From Rozella allomycis CSF55 (taxonomy: Eukaryota): a stretch of DNA of 20,000 nucleotides. The notes under the pieces are model-generated. The model saw only the letters and a program-made list of their open reading frames with translations, searched no databases and was not told where the DNA came from. Where the stretch lies: the NCBI GenBank assembly GCA_000442015.1, contig KE561154.1:119585-139584 (forward strand), read 5' to 3'. Made by a program: the position numbers and the translations under genes. The stretch's first letter is position 1, and each line of letters starts with the position of its first letter. Of the stretch, positions 19,466 to 20,000 are shown piece after piece.

Positions 19466-19789
19466 AAGATATTTAATGTCATTTTTTCCAAAAAATATTT
19501 TTCTGGTAAAAATAGGTTGATTACCACAATCTTAAGTGCTGATGACTTAAAAAAGCAAGAAATCTCTAATACCATTGTGAGTGCCTCAAAAAGAAAATGA
19601 TCAATGGATTTCAATTGCCTGGGAAAGCTAGTAATGGCTTAATGGAAATATAGATTTTATTAAATCTTTCATTGTCCCTTAGACTAATTTATATTCCCAT
19701 TAGGCCATTGCTAGCTTTCGCATGCTCATCAGCACTTAAAATGGTGATAATCACCTATTTTTACAGAAAAAATGACATTAAATGATCTT
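19466..19789. mobile_element. Degenerate foldback / MITE-like element with about 100-bp inverted arms
   Basis: Three nested inverted blocks: 19466-19488 vs 19766-19789, about 19503-19545 vs 19726-19766, and 19623-19656 vs 19686-19719 (30/34 identical). The left arm carries extra insertions and the central spacer is 29 nt. No coding capacity seen. Confidence 0.7.
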
Positions 19790-20000
19790 GTTCTTTTAAA
19801 CGTTCAACCTATTATTCCTTCGGGGAACAATACAATCCTTCAAAAAAGAGACCCTGTGACCTTTATACAATCAATTTTGCTGTTGTTTCGACTAAGGTCG
19901 ATTTCACACTTGATGGTCCTTCTACGTATACTCTTAATTACTACTTTATGCTTATCAGCGACTAGTTGTACTCAAAATATCTTTTATTCCTGCAATTATT

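Noticed and set aside
17924..19823. Shared 14-mer TATTATTCCTTCGG at 17924-17937 and 19810-19823
   Set aside because: The match cannot be extended because of the gap and diverges on the other side, so it is insufficient to interpret.

Overview
Compact, AT-rich eukaryotic DNA with tiny GT-AG introns (19 of 20 modelled introns are 26-31 nt). This resembles an early-diverging fungus such as Rozella/Cryptomycota, which is an inference. The window is a scaffold of about 31 pieces joined by 30 single-N gaps, so adjacency across an N is unreliable. Host genes are a DIPP-type Nudix hydrolase, a G-patch protein missed by the ORF track (truncated at a gap), a PNUTS/PPP1R10-like PP1 regulator, an ElonginC/Skp1-type BTB plus LRR protein, a single-repeat mitochondrial carrier fragment, RNA polymerase I subunit RPA2, a WBP11-like splicing factor and a frameshifted PD-(D/E)xK (Crinkler-like) pseudogene. 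Mobile DNA includes many degenerate fragments of one Ty3/Gypsy-like family (LTR, gag with two atypical zinc knuckles, protease with DSM in place of D[ST]G, an RT motif), a CRE-like non-LTR endonuclease fragment and a foldback/MITE-like element. The most interesting unexplained signals are non-coding. One is a GC-rich pseudoknot behind RPA2 with a telomerase-RNA-like layout (helix, AACCACAA, pseudoknot). A second is a pseudoknot/tRNA-like structure next to a degenerate CCCTAA tract. A third is a perfect 46-bp hairpin.
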